Source of the DNA: Chloroflexota bacterium
Lineage (GTDB): Bacteria > Chloroflexota > UBA11872 > VXOZ01
Length of the DNA stretch: 64,000 bases
NCBI GenBank assembly: GCA_022824225.1
Contig: JAJEAH010000028.1
Span: 65,766-129,765, forward strand
Reading direction: 5' to 3'
Below, in pieces: positions 38,396 to 48,843 of this stretch. Each line of letters begins with the position of its first letter. Within the stretch, counting starts at the first letter, position 1. The translations under genes and the position numbers were made by a program. Under the pieces are notes generated by a model. It was not told where the DNA came from. It saw only the letters and a list, made by a program, of their open reading frames with translations, and did not search any database.

Positions 38396-39712
38396 CTAGA
38401 CTTCTGCAGTCGTGAGCGCTGGCAGACGGTCCGCGTTTGCAATCACCTTGCGAAACGCCGCGCCGACCTGCTCTACCCACGCAGGATTGGGGTCAAAGGG
38501 AGTCGTAATCCAAAACGCCGTGTCGTGAATACGTTCGCTGGCGGGCAGATGCCCCCGTTGCCGGCGCAGGCGCGAGTCCGGCGGGAGGTCCTTCCAGGGC
38601 CCGCCCACGTTGTCGAAGCCGTAGTCGGTGAACAGAGGCTCCAGGTGCATCACGCCGTAGCCGTAGGGCGTAATTTCACTCGTCATCTTGACCCCTTCCG
38701 CCACCAGTGCCCGCAGGATGCTGTTGATGGGCGCGCCAATCGTCTTCTCGTCCAGGGTCCCGGCGTAGTGCACCAGCCCGCCGCGCTCGGCCTGGGGATA
38801 CGGCTTCTGGGGATGCACGCCGGGAATGTCGCTCAGCAGGGAGTCGAGCCGGTCGAACCATGCGCGCCGTTTCCCGTTCATCTCCGGCAGCCGCCGGAAC
38901 TGCGCGCGCACCATGCCGATGGCAAGCGGATTGGCGCGGTACTTGACCCCCAGCCCCATGTTGCGCAGGTCGGCAAATTCGTCTGTTGACCAGAGCTTGC
39001 CGCAACGTCCGTACTGCCCCAGCGCCAGCATGCGGTCGTAGAGCGAGTCGTCGTCGGTCACGGCCACACCGGCCTCGATGCCGGTCATGGCCTTGCCTTT
39101 TTGCAGGCTGAAGCAGCCGATGTCGCCAAACGAGCCGACCGGCTTGCCGCGCCACGTCGCACCGTGAGCGTGTGAGGCGTCTTCTATGAGGACGATTCCC
39201 GTTTCGTCCGCGATGTCACGAAATGCGTCCATGTCCGCCGGATTGCCGTAGACGTGGGTGACGACGACGGCGCAGGTGCGGTCGGTGATCTTGCGCCGCA
39301 CGTCATCGGGATCGGCGCAGAAGGTCTCCGGGTCGGCGTCACAGAACACCGGCGTGGCGCCGCAGTGCAGGATGGGACTGATGGTCGCGTGCCACGTGAC
39401 CGAAGGCACGATTACTTCCTTGCCCGCGTGGGCGCCGGCCGCAAAGATGGCCGAGTGCAGCGTGGCGGTGCCGTTGCACATCACCAGGGCGTGTTTCGCG
39501 CCAATGAACTCGCGCCATTCTTTCTCGAACAGGTCAAGCTCGGCGTAGGCATCGCCGAAGTTGTCCATCACGCGCAGCACGTACTCCTTTTCCAAATCGG
39601 TCACGCGCTCCCAACGGTCGTCAATGGGCGCGGTCACCGCTTGCGGACCGCCTTCGATGGCGAGGGCGTCGTTGCCGGTGACTGGGGAAACTGGGCTTAG
39701 CGTCTTTGCCAT
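38396..39712 (-). CDS. DegT/DnrJ/EryC1/StrS-family PLP-dependent aminotransferase (sugar/aminocyclitol type)
   Basis: ALAIEGGPQAV...FSLQKGKAMTG (PLP lysine). Start set at MAKT after GTGAGGA. Confidence 0.8.
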   Translation of the reverse strand: MAKTLSPVSPVTGNDALAIEGGPQAVTAPIDDRWERVTDLEKEYVLRVMDNFGDAYAELDLFEKEWREFIGAKHALVMCNGTATLHSAIFAAGAHAGKEVIVPSVTWHATISPILHCGATPVFCDADPETFCADPDDVRRKITDRTCAVVVTHVYGNPADMDAFRDIADETGIVLIEDASHAHGATWRGKPVGSFGDIGCFSLQKGKAMTGIEAGVAVTDDDSLYDRMLALGQYGRCGKLWSTDEFADLRNMGLGVKYRANPLAIGMVRAQFRRLPEMNGKRRAWFDRLDSLLSDIPGVHPQKPYPQAERGGLVHYAGTLDEKTIGAPINSILRALVAEGVKMTSEITPYGYGVMHLEPLFTDYGFDNVGGPWKDLPPDSRLRRQRGHLPASERIHDTAFWITTPFDPNPAWVEQVGAAFRKVIANADRLPALTTAEV

Positions 39713-40105
39713 GGCATCCTCACTTCGCGACTGATTCATTCACGAACTCTACCCAAGCCTCTACTCAAGCAAAGTGCTTGACTATCACCATTATGCACGC
39801 CAATTTGCGGTAGTCAAGGAACAAGACCGGCTACGTGCGGCATTTCGCCTCAAAGAGTGGGGTTCGCGGGCGAGATTGCCGGCGGCGCAGAAATCTGCAA
39901 GCGCGGCACGGGAGTCTGTGGCCCGGCGCCGAAATCTTCGGCGCGGCGCCAGAATCTTCGGCGGGTTGAGCACTGGTGACAGGTCAGGGACTCAAAGCGG
40001 CGCCGCTTGCCGAAGGGGAGCTGTGGAGCGCGAGAGGGGCGCAGGTATACTCCTGTGCCCCTCTTGGCGAAGCGTGTGTTGCGCCGGTGCCATTGACAGG
40101 GAGGG

Positions 40106-41260
40106 CTAGGAAGCGGTTCGTCGCTGGCTCCACTGCCAGAGCATGAGGGCGCCAAAGCCCATAAGTGCCAGCGGCCAGGTGAAGTCCGACATGAATGAGG
40201 GTGTGATCGTATCGAATATGATGAGGCCGCCAAGGGCAACCATGGCCCCGCCGGTCCATGCGCGCCAGCGCGGACGCGGGACGAAACGGTTGCGCTGCAC
40301 CAGCAGCGCGAGGCCGATGCCCACCATGAAGAGGGCAACAACTGCCTCTTCCGGCAACCAGAAGAGGTTGAGGCTATCCGCCAGGGTGAGCAAGCTCAGC
40401 AGAATGAGGCCGCCGCCCAGCCACGTCCGCCACGCCTTGCGCGGCTCATCGCCGGTCCGATAGAAGAGCAGCAGAGCGCCCATCACCAGGAGTACGAAGG
40501 CCTCGGGAGAGAACCAAAGCCAGTCGACGTTGTCCGCCAAGACCGCGAGGCCCACGGCAATCAGTCCTACACCGAGAAACAACAGCCACCGGGGACTGGC
40601 ATTGGACTTGGCTTTGGGCGCAACGGTCTCCTGCTCTTGTTCATCCGCCAGGTCTTCATCGCTAATGCCCAGGATTTCATTCTCCAGGGCCTGCTCTTGC
40701 GCGCGCTTCGCGGCGGCGGGGTCAGTAGGCTGGGGTTCACGGTTGAAGGACTCGCGAACACGGCCGCCGATTCGTTCCACCACCGGATCAACACGATCGG
40801 CCACGTTCCGCAAGGTCTGGTCGGCCGCCGAGGACATCCGGCCGCTCTCCGGCATGACCAGCCAGAAAACCGGGTAGGCGATAAGCGTCAGCCCGCCGCT
40901 GATGAAGGTGGCAACCACCCATAGCACGCGCATGAGGGTGACGTCCATGCCAACGTATTCCGCCAGGCCGCCGCACACGCCGGCCAGCATGCGTTCGGCG
41001 CGGCTGCGGACGAGGCGGCTGCCGGCGGCATAGTCTGCCGCTTGGGACCGCTCCGGGCCTTCCGGCATGACAATCCACAACACAATGTAGGCAAAGAGCG
41101 CCATGCCGCCGGAGAAGAAGAGGGCGAGCACCCACAGCAGGCGAACAATCGTGGGGTCCCATTCGACGTATTCGGCTAGCCCGGCGCAGACCCCGGCGCA
41201 GGTGCGATCAGTACGGCTTCGCAGCAGACGCCGCACGGTTGGTTCAACGCTCTCTGCCAT
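40106..41260 (-). CDS. PspC-domain membrane protein with two tandem PspC domains and a C-terminal multi-TM region
   Basis: Two copies of the pattern R..RS..DR.LAGVCGGLAEY...D.T.vR.LWV...F.SGG..L.AY...W..MPE. Confidence 0.8.
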   Translation of the reverse strand: MAESVEPTVRRLLRSRTDRTCAGVCAGLAEYVEWDPTIVRLLWVLALFFSGGMALFAYIVLWIVMPEGPERSQAADYAAGSRLVRSRAERMLAGVCGGLAEYVGMDVTLMRVLWVVATFISGGLTLIAYPVFWLVMPESGRMSSAADQTLRNVADRVDPVVERIGGRVRESFNREPQPTDPAAAKRAQEQALENEILGISDEDLADEQEQETVAPKAKSNASPRWLLFLGVGLIAVGLAVLADNVDWLWFSPEAFVLLVMGALLLFYRTGDEPRKAWRTWLGGGLILLSLLTLADSLNLFWLPEEAVVALFMVGIGLALLVQRNRFVPRPRWRAWTGGAMVALGGLIIFDTITPSFMSDFTWPLALMGFGALMLWQWSQRRTAS

Positions 41261-41533
41261 CGCTCACTCCTCCTCGTGGCGGACAAGTGTAAACATGCTC
41301 TTTAGAATTATAGAACTTGAATTCGGATTTCGTCAAGTATTCTTAACCAGAAAATTGCAGAATACGGCCATTTTGCAGCGTTAGCGCATAGTGAGAGAGC
41401 TATGTGCGGAGCGAGGACCGTCCCAGGAAGCGGCGGACGAAGGCCTGGAAACGCGACTTCAGCCCGGTGGCGGGGATTCAGGAACGCCATCTGACGCGCT
41501 CAACCGGACGTTCACCCGCGCGCCGGCGCTTGT

Positions 41534-42463
41534 CTAGCCGCCGGCGGCGTCGTTTGCCGCGTCATTGCTCGTCTCGCCGAACAAGAGGCGCGCCTCCGCG
41601 AGAATCACCCGTACAGATTCAAGTTGCCGCTGAGGCAACGGCGTGAGGGGATGGCGAGGTTCGCCGCCGTGGAAACCGCAAAGGGCCATGGCCGCCTTCA
41701 AACCGGCGATTCCAAAACGAGTGGTAACGGCGGCGTTGGGCGCCATCAGCCGGTATTGAAGCGCCTGCGCTTCGGCCAGCGTGCCTTGTTGGTAGAGATT
41801 GAAGAGACTGACGCACGCTCTGGGCGCGACGTTGGCCAGCGCGGCGACACCCCCCGCGGCCCCCACGCAGAGCGACGTAAAGAGGAAGCTGGCCGAACCC
41901 GCCAGCACGGCGAAATCCTGCTGCCGCGTCTGCCGGATGATGTCCGTAATCTGCACGATGTTGCCGGAGCTGTCCTTCATGCCAATGACGCGGGGGTGTT
42001 CGGCCAGCGGCACGGCGACGTCGGGTCCGACGTTTACCCCGGTGTACGCCGGCATATTGTAGATGAGGATGGGCAACGCGGCCTGATCGGCAAGGACGGT
42101 AAAGAACTCCCGGTGGACGGCCGGCGTGAGCGCCGACTTGTAGTAGGCGGGCGGCAGGACCAGCGCGGCCTGGGCGCCGCACCCGGCGGCTTGTTCGATG
42201 AAGGCCAGCGCCTGCCTCGTCGACTCATACGCAACCCCCGCAATGATCTCCGCTCCCGCGGGCGCGTTCGCCGCGACTGTCTCCACTACTTGCAGTTTTT
42301 CCGTTTCGGTAAGGGTGGGCAGTTCACCGTTGGAACCAAGCGCAACAAAGCCGGTCAGCCCCGCGGGGGCGAGCTTGCGCACGTTTGCTGCCAGCAGGTC
42401 GAGCGCGAGTTCTTGGTTGACAAAGGGCGTTGCCAGCGGGGGATAGACGCCGGTCAGTTGCAT
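41534..42463 (-). CDS. Dihydrodipicolinate synthase / N-acetylneuraminate lyase (DHDPS/NAL) family class I aldolase
   Basis: MQLTGVYPPLATPF... typical DHDPS-family N-terminus. GAGGAGAA ribosome-binding site before this ATG. Confidence 0.85.
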   Translation of the reverse strand: MQLTGVYPPLATPFVNQELALDLLAANVRKLAPAGLTGFVALGSNGELPTLTETEKLQVVETVAANAPAGAEIIAGVAYESTRQALAFIEQAAGCGAQAALVLPPAYYKSALTPAVHREFFTVLADQAALPILIYNMPAYTGVNVGPDVAVPLAEHPRVIGMKDSSGNIVQITDIIRQTRQQDFAVLAGSASFLFTSLCVGAAGGVAALANVAPRACVSLFNLYQQGTLAEAQALQYRLMAPNAAVTTRFGIAGLKAAMALCGFHGGEPRHPLTPLPQRQLESVRVILAEARLLFGETSNDAANDAAGG

Positions 42464-42730
42464 GAGCGTTCTCCTCGGAACTAGGGCATTCACCGGCTAG
42501 TATAAGTCGCTCCGCGCCGCGCGACAATGCCTAAGCAAGTTTGGCTTGGGTGGTAATTGCGGTCTTCAAGAGGCTGACGCGACGCGCATCCGGCGGTCGG
42601 CTCGGCAGGGCTCGGCAGTTTTCTCAATTAGCTTTTCCGGCGTACAATGGGCAGGTAGGCGGGCCCCGCCGGCAGCGCGGGGTGACCGCAACAGACAATT
42701 GCAGACTGATGGAAATGGGAGTGGGACGCC

Positions 42731-43768
42731 GTGACAGTGAGAATAGGGTTCATTGGGGCCGGCGGACGCACCGTACGCGAGATGCGGGACCTTGTCCATA
42801 TTCCGGCAGCGGAGATTGTAGCGCTCTGCGACATTGATGAACCACGGTGCGCGGCGGCAGTGGAGTCGGTGAATGGCGCTCTGCCGGAGAGGGCGAGTCC
42901 AATCCAACCGGGGCTCTTTTCCAATCACCGGGCGATGCTCGACGCGGTGGAATTGGACGCGGTCTACATTTCGCTGCCTCCGGTCGCGCACGGACAGATT
43001 GATCACGACGTGATCGCTGCCGGCATAGCGGTATTGATCGAGAAACCCCTCGCCATCGAACTTTCCGTGGCCAAGGAGATAGCGGCCCACATTGCGGAAA
43101 CTGGCGTGGTGCATGCCGTCGGCTACCAGCGGCGGTATTCCCCTTCCGTGGGGCAAACTCGCAAGTTGCTGGCAGGTAAGACGATTGGGATGGTGATGGC
43201 CGTACGCTGGGGCCCCCTGCCGCCCCTGCCGCGCTGGATCGTGCAGGAGCAGTCCGGCGGCATGCTCATCGACCAGCACACCCACGGCGTGGACTTGATG
43301 CGGTACTTCGTGGGTGAACCGGACACCATATACGCCGCCGCCGATACGGTCTTGCTTACTGACGTGCCGGGTCTGGACATATTTGACGTGAATGCCGCCA
43401 CGGTACGCTTCAAGAACCGCGCGGTGGGATTGATTGGCAACTCGCCCGCGGCCCACGCCGCCATACCGCCCAATGTTACGCACGCTCTCCACATTCTCGC
43501 CAAGGACCTCACCGTGATGGCAGGCTTCGACAGCACAACCTACTGGCGTCCCGGCCAGCCGCCGGAAACGATCACCTCCGACCAAGATTCAAACTTCCTG
43601 CTCAATCAAACATTCGTCAACGCGGTCGCTAACAACACTCAGGACGGCATCCTGTCGTCGTATGCTGATGCGCTGCGGTCGTTTGCGTTCACCTATGCCG
43701 CACAGAAGTCGGCGGAACTGCGGCGCGAGGTGCGTCTCACCGATAATCTTGAGGTGGCGCCCTTGTGA
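42731..43768 (+). CDS. Gfo/Idh/MocA-family NAD(P)-dependent oxidoreductase, paralog 1
   Basis: IGFIGAGGRTVREM Rossmann N-terminus with EKP motif. GTG start. Confidence 0.8.
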   Translation: MTVRIGFIGAGGRTVREMRDLVHIPAAEIVALCDIDEPRCAAAVESVNGALPERASPIQPGLFSNHRAMLDAVELDAVYISLPPVAHGQIDHDVIAAGIAVLIEKPLAIELSVAKEIAAHIAETGVVHAVGYQRRYSPSVGQTRKLLAGKTIGMVMAVRWGPLPPLPRWIVQEQSGGMLIDQHTHGVDLMRYFVGEPDTIYAAADTVLLTDVPGLDIFDVNAATVRFKNRAVGLIGNSPAAHAAIPPNVTHALHILAKDLTVMAGFDSTTYWRPGQPPETITSDQDSNFLLNQTFVNAVANNTQDGILSSYADALRSFAFTYAAQKSAELRREVRLTDNLEVAPL

Positions 43769-43789
43769 GAATCAGTACGCGGGCGGGCT

Positions 43790-44900
43790 GAAACGGCGCT
43801 CAGTAGCCGGGAGTTTGCGGAGGGGAGTCCGGAAGTGGCGCAGTGCGATTTCGGAGCCCCGCCAATTTCACAAGGTACGCCTGGGACAACTTGGGAGTGT
43901 CGTGACTCTACGTAGCGTTCGGACGTCACCCAAATGCTGTCGAGTTCGTGTAGCGCGGGGGCTTGTGCCTAATGCTGTCGCACTAAGTTTTTGCCTTGGT
44001 TTGCCATGGTAGTCTCTGTTGCTAAGGCGATTGAAACTCAGTTTCGCTGTCGTAGGGGCACGACAATTCGTGCCCACAACGACAGCTTGACAACCCAAGT
44101 GGCGACTGTCTATCGCTCGCTCTCGACTTCAATGCGACACCATTTGCGGCTTTTCCCCCGCCGGAGTTGTAGCAGTAAAGTAGCGCGGGGGCTTGTCCCC
44201 CGCCGAGGTTGATGAGGTGGAGTGCCGCGGGGGCTTGTCCTCAGTGCATTCGCATCAAAGTAGTTGGCTTCAGTCTTGTCCGATCGTGCTGAGCACTTCG
44301 GCCCTTCCACAAGCTCAGCGCAGGCAGGCTCAGCACAGGCTCTGTCGATGCGCAAACGGTGCGAAGCAGGCACAGAACCGACGATATCTTGCCTGAGCCG
44401 TTCACCCTTCGACTTGGCTCAGGGCGAACGGCTCAGGCGCAAGCTTCAATGCGACTCCATTGGGGTTTTCCCCCGCCAGAGCACGCGGAACTGCGACCAC
44501 GTGAGCATGACGCGGCGGGGCGTAGACCTTTCCACTGCTAGAAACGGGTGCACAAAGGGTTGACCGCATAGAAGACGCAGGTTGCAAACCTGCGCTACCC
44601 GACAGAGGATCTCCGCTGCCGGCCACATGACCTGCGTCGCCGGCTGCAATGCCTGCGTTACTGTCCCACTCCCAGCGTTTCCGGCTACATATCTTGCGCT
44701 ACCGGCTGTGTACGGTGATGTGAGCGCCCTGTCCCTTGCCAAAGTGGCGAAAGCAACAACATTGGGTAGTAGTCAACCCCGCCTAACCCATCTCCAAGAG
44801 GGGAACCTTGCGTAACCATGTCCAGTGGGGCTATTCTTACTCCATCTCCTAGGGAGGGAAGGTCGGGGAGAGGTTTCTGCTTCTCCGGCTCTAACGGACT
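43790..44900. repeat. 1.2-kb non-coding repeat-rich spacer between the tandem Gfo/Idh/MocA paralogs: three copies of tagcgcgggggcttgtc, two copies of a 38-nt element cttcaatgcgac.ccatt.g.ggttttcccccgcc.gag, and ttgcaaacctgcgctacc
   Basis: The motifs are located at about 43955, 44185, 44225 (the 18-mer); 44128 and 44445 (the 38-mer); and 44580. There is no ORF with recognisable homology. Confidence 0.6.
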
Positions 44901-44948
44901 AGAGATACGACACGACAGCGTGGCACGTTACGAAGGGAGCAAGACACC

Positions 44949-45986
44949 GTGGCAGTGAGAATTGGCATTATCGGGGTTGGCGGACGGTCCGTGCGCGAGA
45001 TGCGGGACCTCGTCAGAATTCCGGAAGCGAAAATCGTAGGGCTCTGCGACATCGACGAGCCGCGTTGCGCGGCAGCGGTCGAGACAATCAACGGCTCCTT
45101 GCCGGAGGGCGCCGGTCCCATACAGCCGGGGCTCTTTTCCAATCACCAGGCGATGCTCGACGCGGCGGAACTGGACGCGGTGTACATCTCGCTGCCCACG
45201 TTTGCCCACGGCCAGATCGACCACGACGTGATCGCGGCCGGCAAGGCGGTCTTGATCGAAAAGCCCATTGCTCTCGAGCTTTCCGTAGCTAAGGAGATTG
45301 CGGCCCACATTGAAGAAAAAGGGATTGTGAATTCGGTCGGCTACCAGATGCGGTACGCGCCATCCGTGGGGCAGACGCGCGAGTTGCTGGACGGCGTGAC
45401 CATCGGCATGGTGATCGCCGTGCGTTGGGGCGGGCTGCCAGGCACGCCGTGGTGGCGGGTGCAGGAGCAGTCCGGCGGGATGCTCATCGAGCAGCATACG
45501 CACGGCATCGACCTGGTGCGGTACTTCGTGGGTGAGCCGGATACGATCTACGCCGCCGGTGACACCGTGTTGCTCAACGACGAACCGAATCTGACAATCT
45601 TCGATGTCAATGCGGCGACGGTGCGCTTCAAGAACCGCGCCGTGGGCATGATTGGCAACTCGCCGGCGGCCCATGCCGGCATTCCGCCAAACGTCACCAA
45701 TGTCCTGCACATTCTCGCCAAAGACCTCACCGTGACCGCGGGCTTCGATAGCACAACGGTCTGGCGCCCCGGCCAGGAAACGGAGACCATTACATCCGAT
45801 CAAGATTCGAACCTCCTGCTGAACCAGGCATTTGTAAACGCGGTCGCCAACAACACGCAGGACGGCATCCTGTCGCCGTATTCCGACTCGCTGCGGTCGT
45901 TTGCCTTCACGTATGCCGCGCAGAAGTCGGCGGAGCTGCGGCGCGAGGTGCAGCTCACTGACGACTTGGAAGTGGTGCCCCAATGA
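44949..45986 (+). CDS. Gfo/Idh/MocA-family oxidoreductase, paralog 2 (about 85% aa identity to paralog 1)
   Basis: Colinear with 42731-43768 along its whole length. Confidence 0.8.
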   Translation: MAVRIGIIGVGGRSVREMRDLVRIPEAKIVGLCDIDEPRCAAAVETINGSLPEGAGPIQPGLFSNHQAMLDAAELDAVYISLPTFAHGQIDHDVIAAGKAVLIEKPIALELSVAKEIAAHIEEKGIVNSVGYQMRYAPSVGQTRELLDGVTIGMVIAVRWGGLPGTPWWRVQEQSGGMLIEQHTHGIDLVRYFVGEPDTIYAAGDTVLLNDEPNLTIFDVNAATVRFKNRAVGMIGNSPAAHAGIPPNVTNVLHILAKDLTVTAGFDSTTVWRPGQETETITSDQDSNLLLNQAFVNAVANNTQDGILSPYSDSLRSFAFTYAAQKSAELRREVQLTDDLEVVPQ

Positions 45987-46768
45987 AGATAGGCACACGC
46001 ACGGGATCGATTGGCGCGGAGGGCGAGAACGCCCTGCCGGTGGCGGCAGAACTGGGCTTTGCGGGTGTGGAATTCTCTATCAGCGCCCGGGACCCGGCGG
46101 GGAACATCCTCGCCGAACAGGCCGGTTGGGATACGCTCAAACGGCAAGCGGCGGAGACCGGTGTGACGGTTTGTTCGTTGTGCGTCGGCAATCTGGGCGT
46201 GATGCTGACGGGCGACGGCGCTGCCCGGCGGCAGGGCATCGAAGTGGCGACCAATGCCATCGCCGCCGCAGCCTTCCTAGACGCGCGGGTGATCCTTTGC
46301 GCCATGGACGCTCCGGCGGACCAACCCTACGACGAGTCATTCGATCGCTGGGTGGATGGTTTCGGCGAGATCATGCCGGCTGCGGAACAGGCGGGCGTCG
46401 TGATGGCTCCGGAGAGCGTGGGGCGCACGCATCCGCAGTCGGCGGAGCGCTTCCAACGCTTGGTTGCGGCCGTTGATTCCCCGCAGATTGGCGTCTATTT
46501 CGACGTGGGCAACGCGCACACCCAGGGATTCGATCCCGCCGCCGACCTCCGGGACTTGGGAGACCTTGTCAGCCAAATCCATACCAAAGAACCGGACCAG
46601 ATTCCGCTTATGGGCACCGGTCCGCTAGACTGGGACGCCATCTTTGCGGCAATCGAGGCCATCGGCTACGACGGCTGGCTGGTGCTGGAGACCTCAATCG
46701 GCGACGACGCCCACGCTTCCGCAGTGTACAACCGGGAGTTTCTGGAGAAGCGGCTGGGCATAGTGTAA
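45983..46768 (+). CDS. Sugar phosphate isomerase/epimerase (xylose-isomerase-like TIM barrel)
   Basis: Conserved metal-ligand pattern (VYFDVGNAH..., LVLETS). Its ATGA start overlaps the stop of the preceding oxidoreductase. Confidence 0.8.
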   Translation: MKIGTRTGSIGAEGENALPVAAELGFAGVEFSISARDPAGNILAEQAGWDTLKRQAAETGVTVCSLCVGNLGVMLTGDGAARRQGIEVATNAIAAAAFLDARVILCAMDAPADQPYDESFDRWVDGFGEIMPAAEQAGVVMAPESVGRTHPQSAERFQRLVAAVDSPQIGVYFDVGNAHTQGFDPAADLRDLGDLVSQIHTKEPDQIPLMGTGPLDWDAIFAAIEAIGYDGWLVLETSIGDDAHASAVYNREFLEKRLGIV

Positions 46769-46796
46769 CGGCCACGCAAGGGGGCGCTCTCTGTCG

Positions 46797-46872
46797 CTCC
46801 CTCTTCTAGGCCGTTCGTGCTGAGTGGGCTTCGCGAAGCCCTTGTCGAAGTACAACGGCCTAGAAGAGGGAG
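46797..46872. terminator. Compound hairpin: 19-bp perfect inverted repeat enclosing the palindrome gggcttcgcgaagccc. Candidate bidirectional terminator between convergent genes.
   Basis: ctccctcttctaggccgtt ... aacggcctagaagagggag are exact reverse complements. Confidence 0.45.
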
Positions 46873-47011
46873 CCACTGTGTCTCCAAGCCATGCCCTTCG
46901 ACAAGCGCAGAGGCTGCCCCGTACCCCGGATGCGGGGGAGAACGGAAAGGCTTCAAGGGCGCGCGAATGCCGCTGCTAGAGAGACTGCCGCTGCTAGGGA
47001 GAAAGTCGCGG

Positions 47012-47641
47012 CTAGGGAGACTGTCGCTGCTCGTCCGGCTTGAAGATATCGGCAAGCACCGGGCTGGGGCCCCACTCTGTTGCCAGGCATTCCATGTGAA
47101 TCACGTCCCAGTATTTGCCGCCCATGAATTGGCTCTCGCGGCGTCGGCCAAACTCCTTGAAGCCCGCTTTTGTGTATGCGCCGATACCGGCAAGGTTGTA
47201 CGCAAATACGTGCAACATGACGTTGTGCAGTCCCAGCGCCGTGAAGGCATAGCCGAGCATCAGTCGCGTCGCTTCCGTGCCGTAGCCTTGGCCGCGCGCG
47301 TTGGGCTCGCCGATCGTGATGCCGAATTCGGCGGTGCGGTTGCGAAAGTCGATCTCGCTGAGGCCAGTATTGCCGATGGGGCGTGCGCTTGACAACTCGT
47401 AAAGTGTAAACGCCACCTCGGTCGCGCCGCGCGTGATAGCGCCCTCGTACCACTTTTCTTCCTGTTCCAGTGTTATCGGCATAGCCATCCCGCCCAACGT
47501 GCGCAGTGTATTGAAGTCGTTGTACCAGCGCGTGTAAAGCGGGACTAAGTCTTTGCGCAGCGGGCCGAGCGCGGTCTTCTCGCCGACAATATTATAGAGC
47601 GGCGTCTCTCTTCGTAACTCTCTTTGGGGGTTTGTCTGCAT
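47012..47641 (-). CDS. GNAT-family N-acetyltransferase (RimJ/RimL-like)
   Basis: Acetyl-CoA-binding motif region (RGQGYGTEATRLMLGYAF). Start set at MQTNPQ by homology to the neighbouring paralog. The long upstream ORF extension was rejected. Confidence 0.7.
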   Translation of the reverse strand: MQTNPQRELRRETPLYNIVGEKTALGPLRKDLVPLYTRWYNDFNTLRTLGGMAMPITLEQEEKWYEGAITRGATEVAFTLYELSSARPIGNTGLSEIDFRNRTAEFGITIGEPNARGQGYGTEATRLMLGYAFTALGLHNVMLHVFAYNLAGIGAYTKAGFKEFGRRRESQFMGGKYWDVIHMECLATEWGPSPVLADIFKPDEQRQSP

Positions 47642-47849
47642 CGTTTGATCTACCTGAGTACCCTTGAATTCCTTTTCGTCTGTGCGCCGGGACATCCCGG
47701 TGGCCGCATTCGGTCTCACTGGTACCGATTGCGCTCTGCCTGTCACGGGTTTGCCGCGCAGGCGCGAAATATCCGCGTCTGCGGGCGTGCTGAGTTGCGC
47801 GCTGTGCCTTCCCCGGTTTGGCTTGCGACAAGGCCTAGTCGAGCGCTGG

Positions 47850-48485
47850 CTATTCCTCGCGGGGCAGTCGCGGCTCGTCCGGCTTGAAGGCCCGCGCCAG
47901 GGCGGGGCCGGAGTCCCTTTCCGTGGACAGGCACTCCATGAAGATTGTGTCCCAGAGCTTGCCGCCCATGAGAACGCACTGGCGGCGGCGGCCAATTTCC
48001 CGAAAGCCGGATTCTGTGTAGACGCGGATCCCGGCAAGGTTGAACTCGAAAACTCTCAGCATCACGTTGTGCAAGCCTAGTCCGCAAAACGCATAGTCGA
48101 GGGTGAGTTGGGTGGATTCGGTGCCATAGCCCTTGCCGCGGGCGTCCGGCTCGCCTATGACCAGAGCGAATTCAGTCGTGCGGTTGCGATAGTCGATGTC
48201 GAGGAGCCCGACATTGCCGATAGGACGGGAGTTCTTCCGTTCATAGACGGTAAAAGAGGCCTGGGTCTCACTCATGGCCACCAAGCGTTCATGCTGCCGC
48301 TCATCCTGCTCCAAAGTCAGCGGCAATGGGATCGCATCCAACGTACGCAGCGTATGGAGGTTGTTGTACCAGCGCGTGTACGTGGGGACCAAATCCTTGC
48401 GCAGCGGTCCAAGCGCGACGCCCTCGCCTACGATGTTGAGGTAGGGCGCAGCGCGCGGGGGGTGCGCTTGCGGGTTCGAACTCAA
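47850..48485 (-). CDS. GNAT-family N-acetyltransferase, paralog
   Basis: About 65% identical to 47012-47641 (RGKGYGTESTQLTLDYAF). Confidence 0.7.
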   Translation of the reverse strand: MSSNPQAHPPRAAPYLNIVGEGVALGPLRKDLVPTYTRWYNNLHTLRTLDAIPLPLTLEQDERQHERLVAMSETQASFTVYERKNSRPIGNVGLLDIDYRNRTTEFALVIGEPDARGKGYGTESTQLTLDYAFCGLGLHNVMLRVFEFNLAGIRVYTESGFREIGRRRQCVLMGGKLWDTIFMECLSTERDSGPALARAFKPDEPRLPREE

Positions 48486-48843
48486 TTGACTCCAACCTGC
48501 CGGTTAACTCGGAAGCGGTGTGCTGGGCCGGTCTGTCCCGCCTCGCTGCGGCGTGATTCTTGACCAAGTCGCACTGGACTCATCGGCTTGAGGAGATTCG
48601 TACGCGTCCGGTCGATGGCACCTGCCGCGTGCCCCGCGCCCCCTGGTCTGTTGCCAATCTTACCGGCTGGGTCACAATGGCAAGGACTGACTAGGGGGAC
48701 GGCGGGTACGTGCTAGAATAGCATACGTGCGTCTGCCTGAGCGTGACTGACCGCTGGAATTGTTCTCTAATTCCCCGCCAATCCCGTGTGCGCTCCGGCT
48801 GCGGGTAACCTACGGGCACTCACAGCCCGCCGCATGAGGCGCT

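Noticed and set aside
47012-48037. 341-aa version of the first GNAT gene, with an Arg/Pro/Ser-rich N-terminal extension
   Set aside because: The paralog begins at MSSNPQ, and the first gene aligns from MQTNPQ. The 130-aa extension is low-complexity, typical of read-through in GC-rich intergenic DNA.
48440-48520. tRNA-like T-arm motif (gggttcgaactc) upstream of the second GNAT gene
   Set aside because: There is no acceptor stem or anticodon arm around it, and the context does not fold into a cloverleaf. Probably a chance match or a short tRNA-gene remnant.
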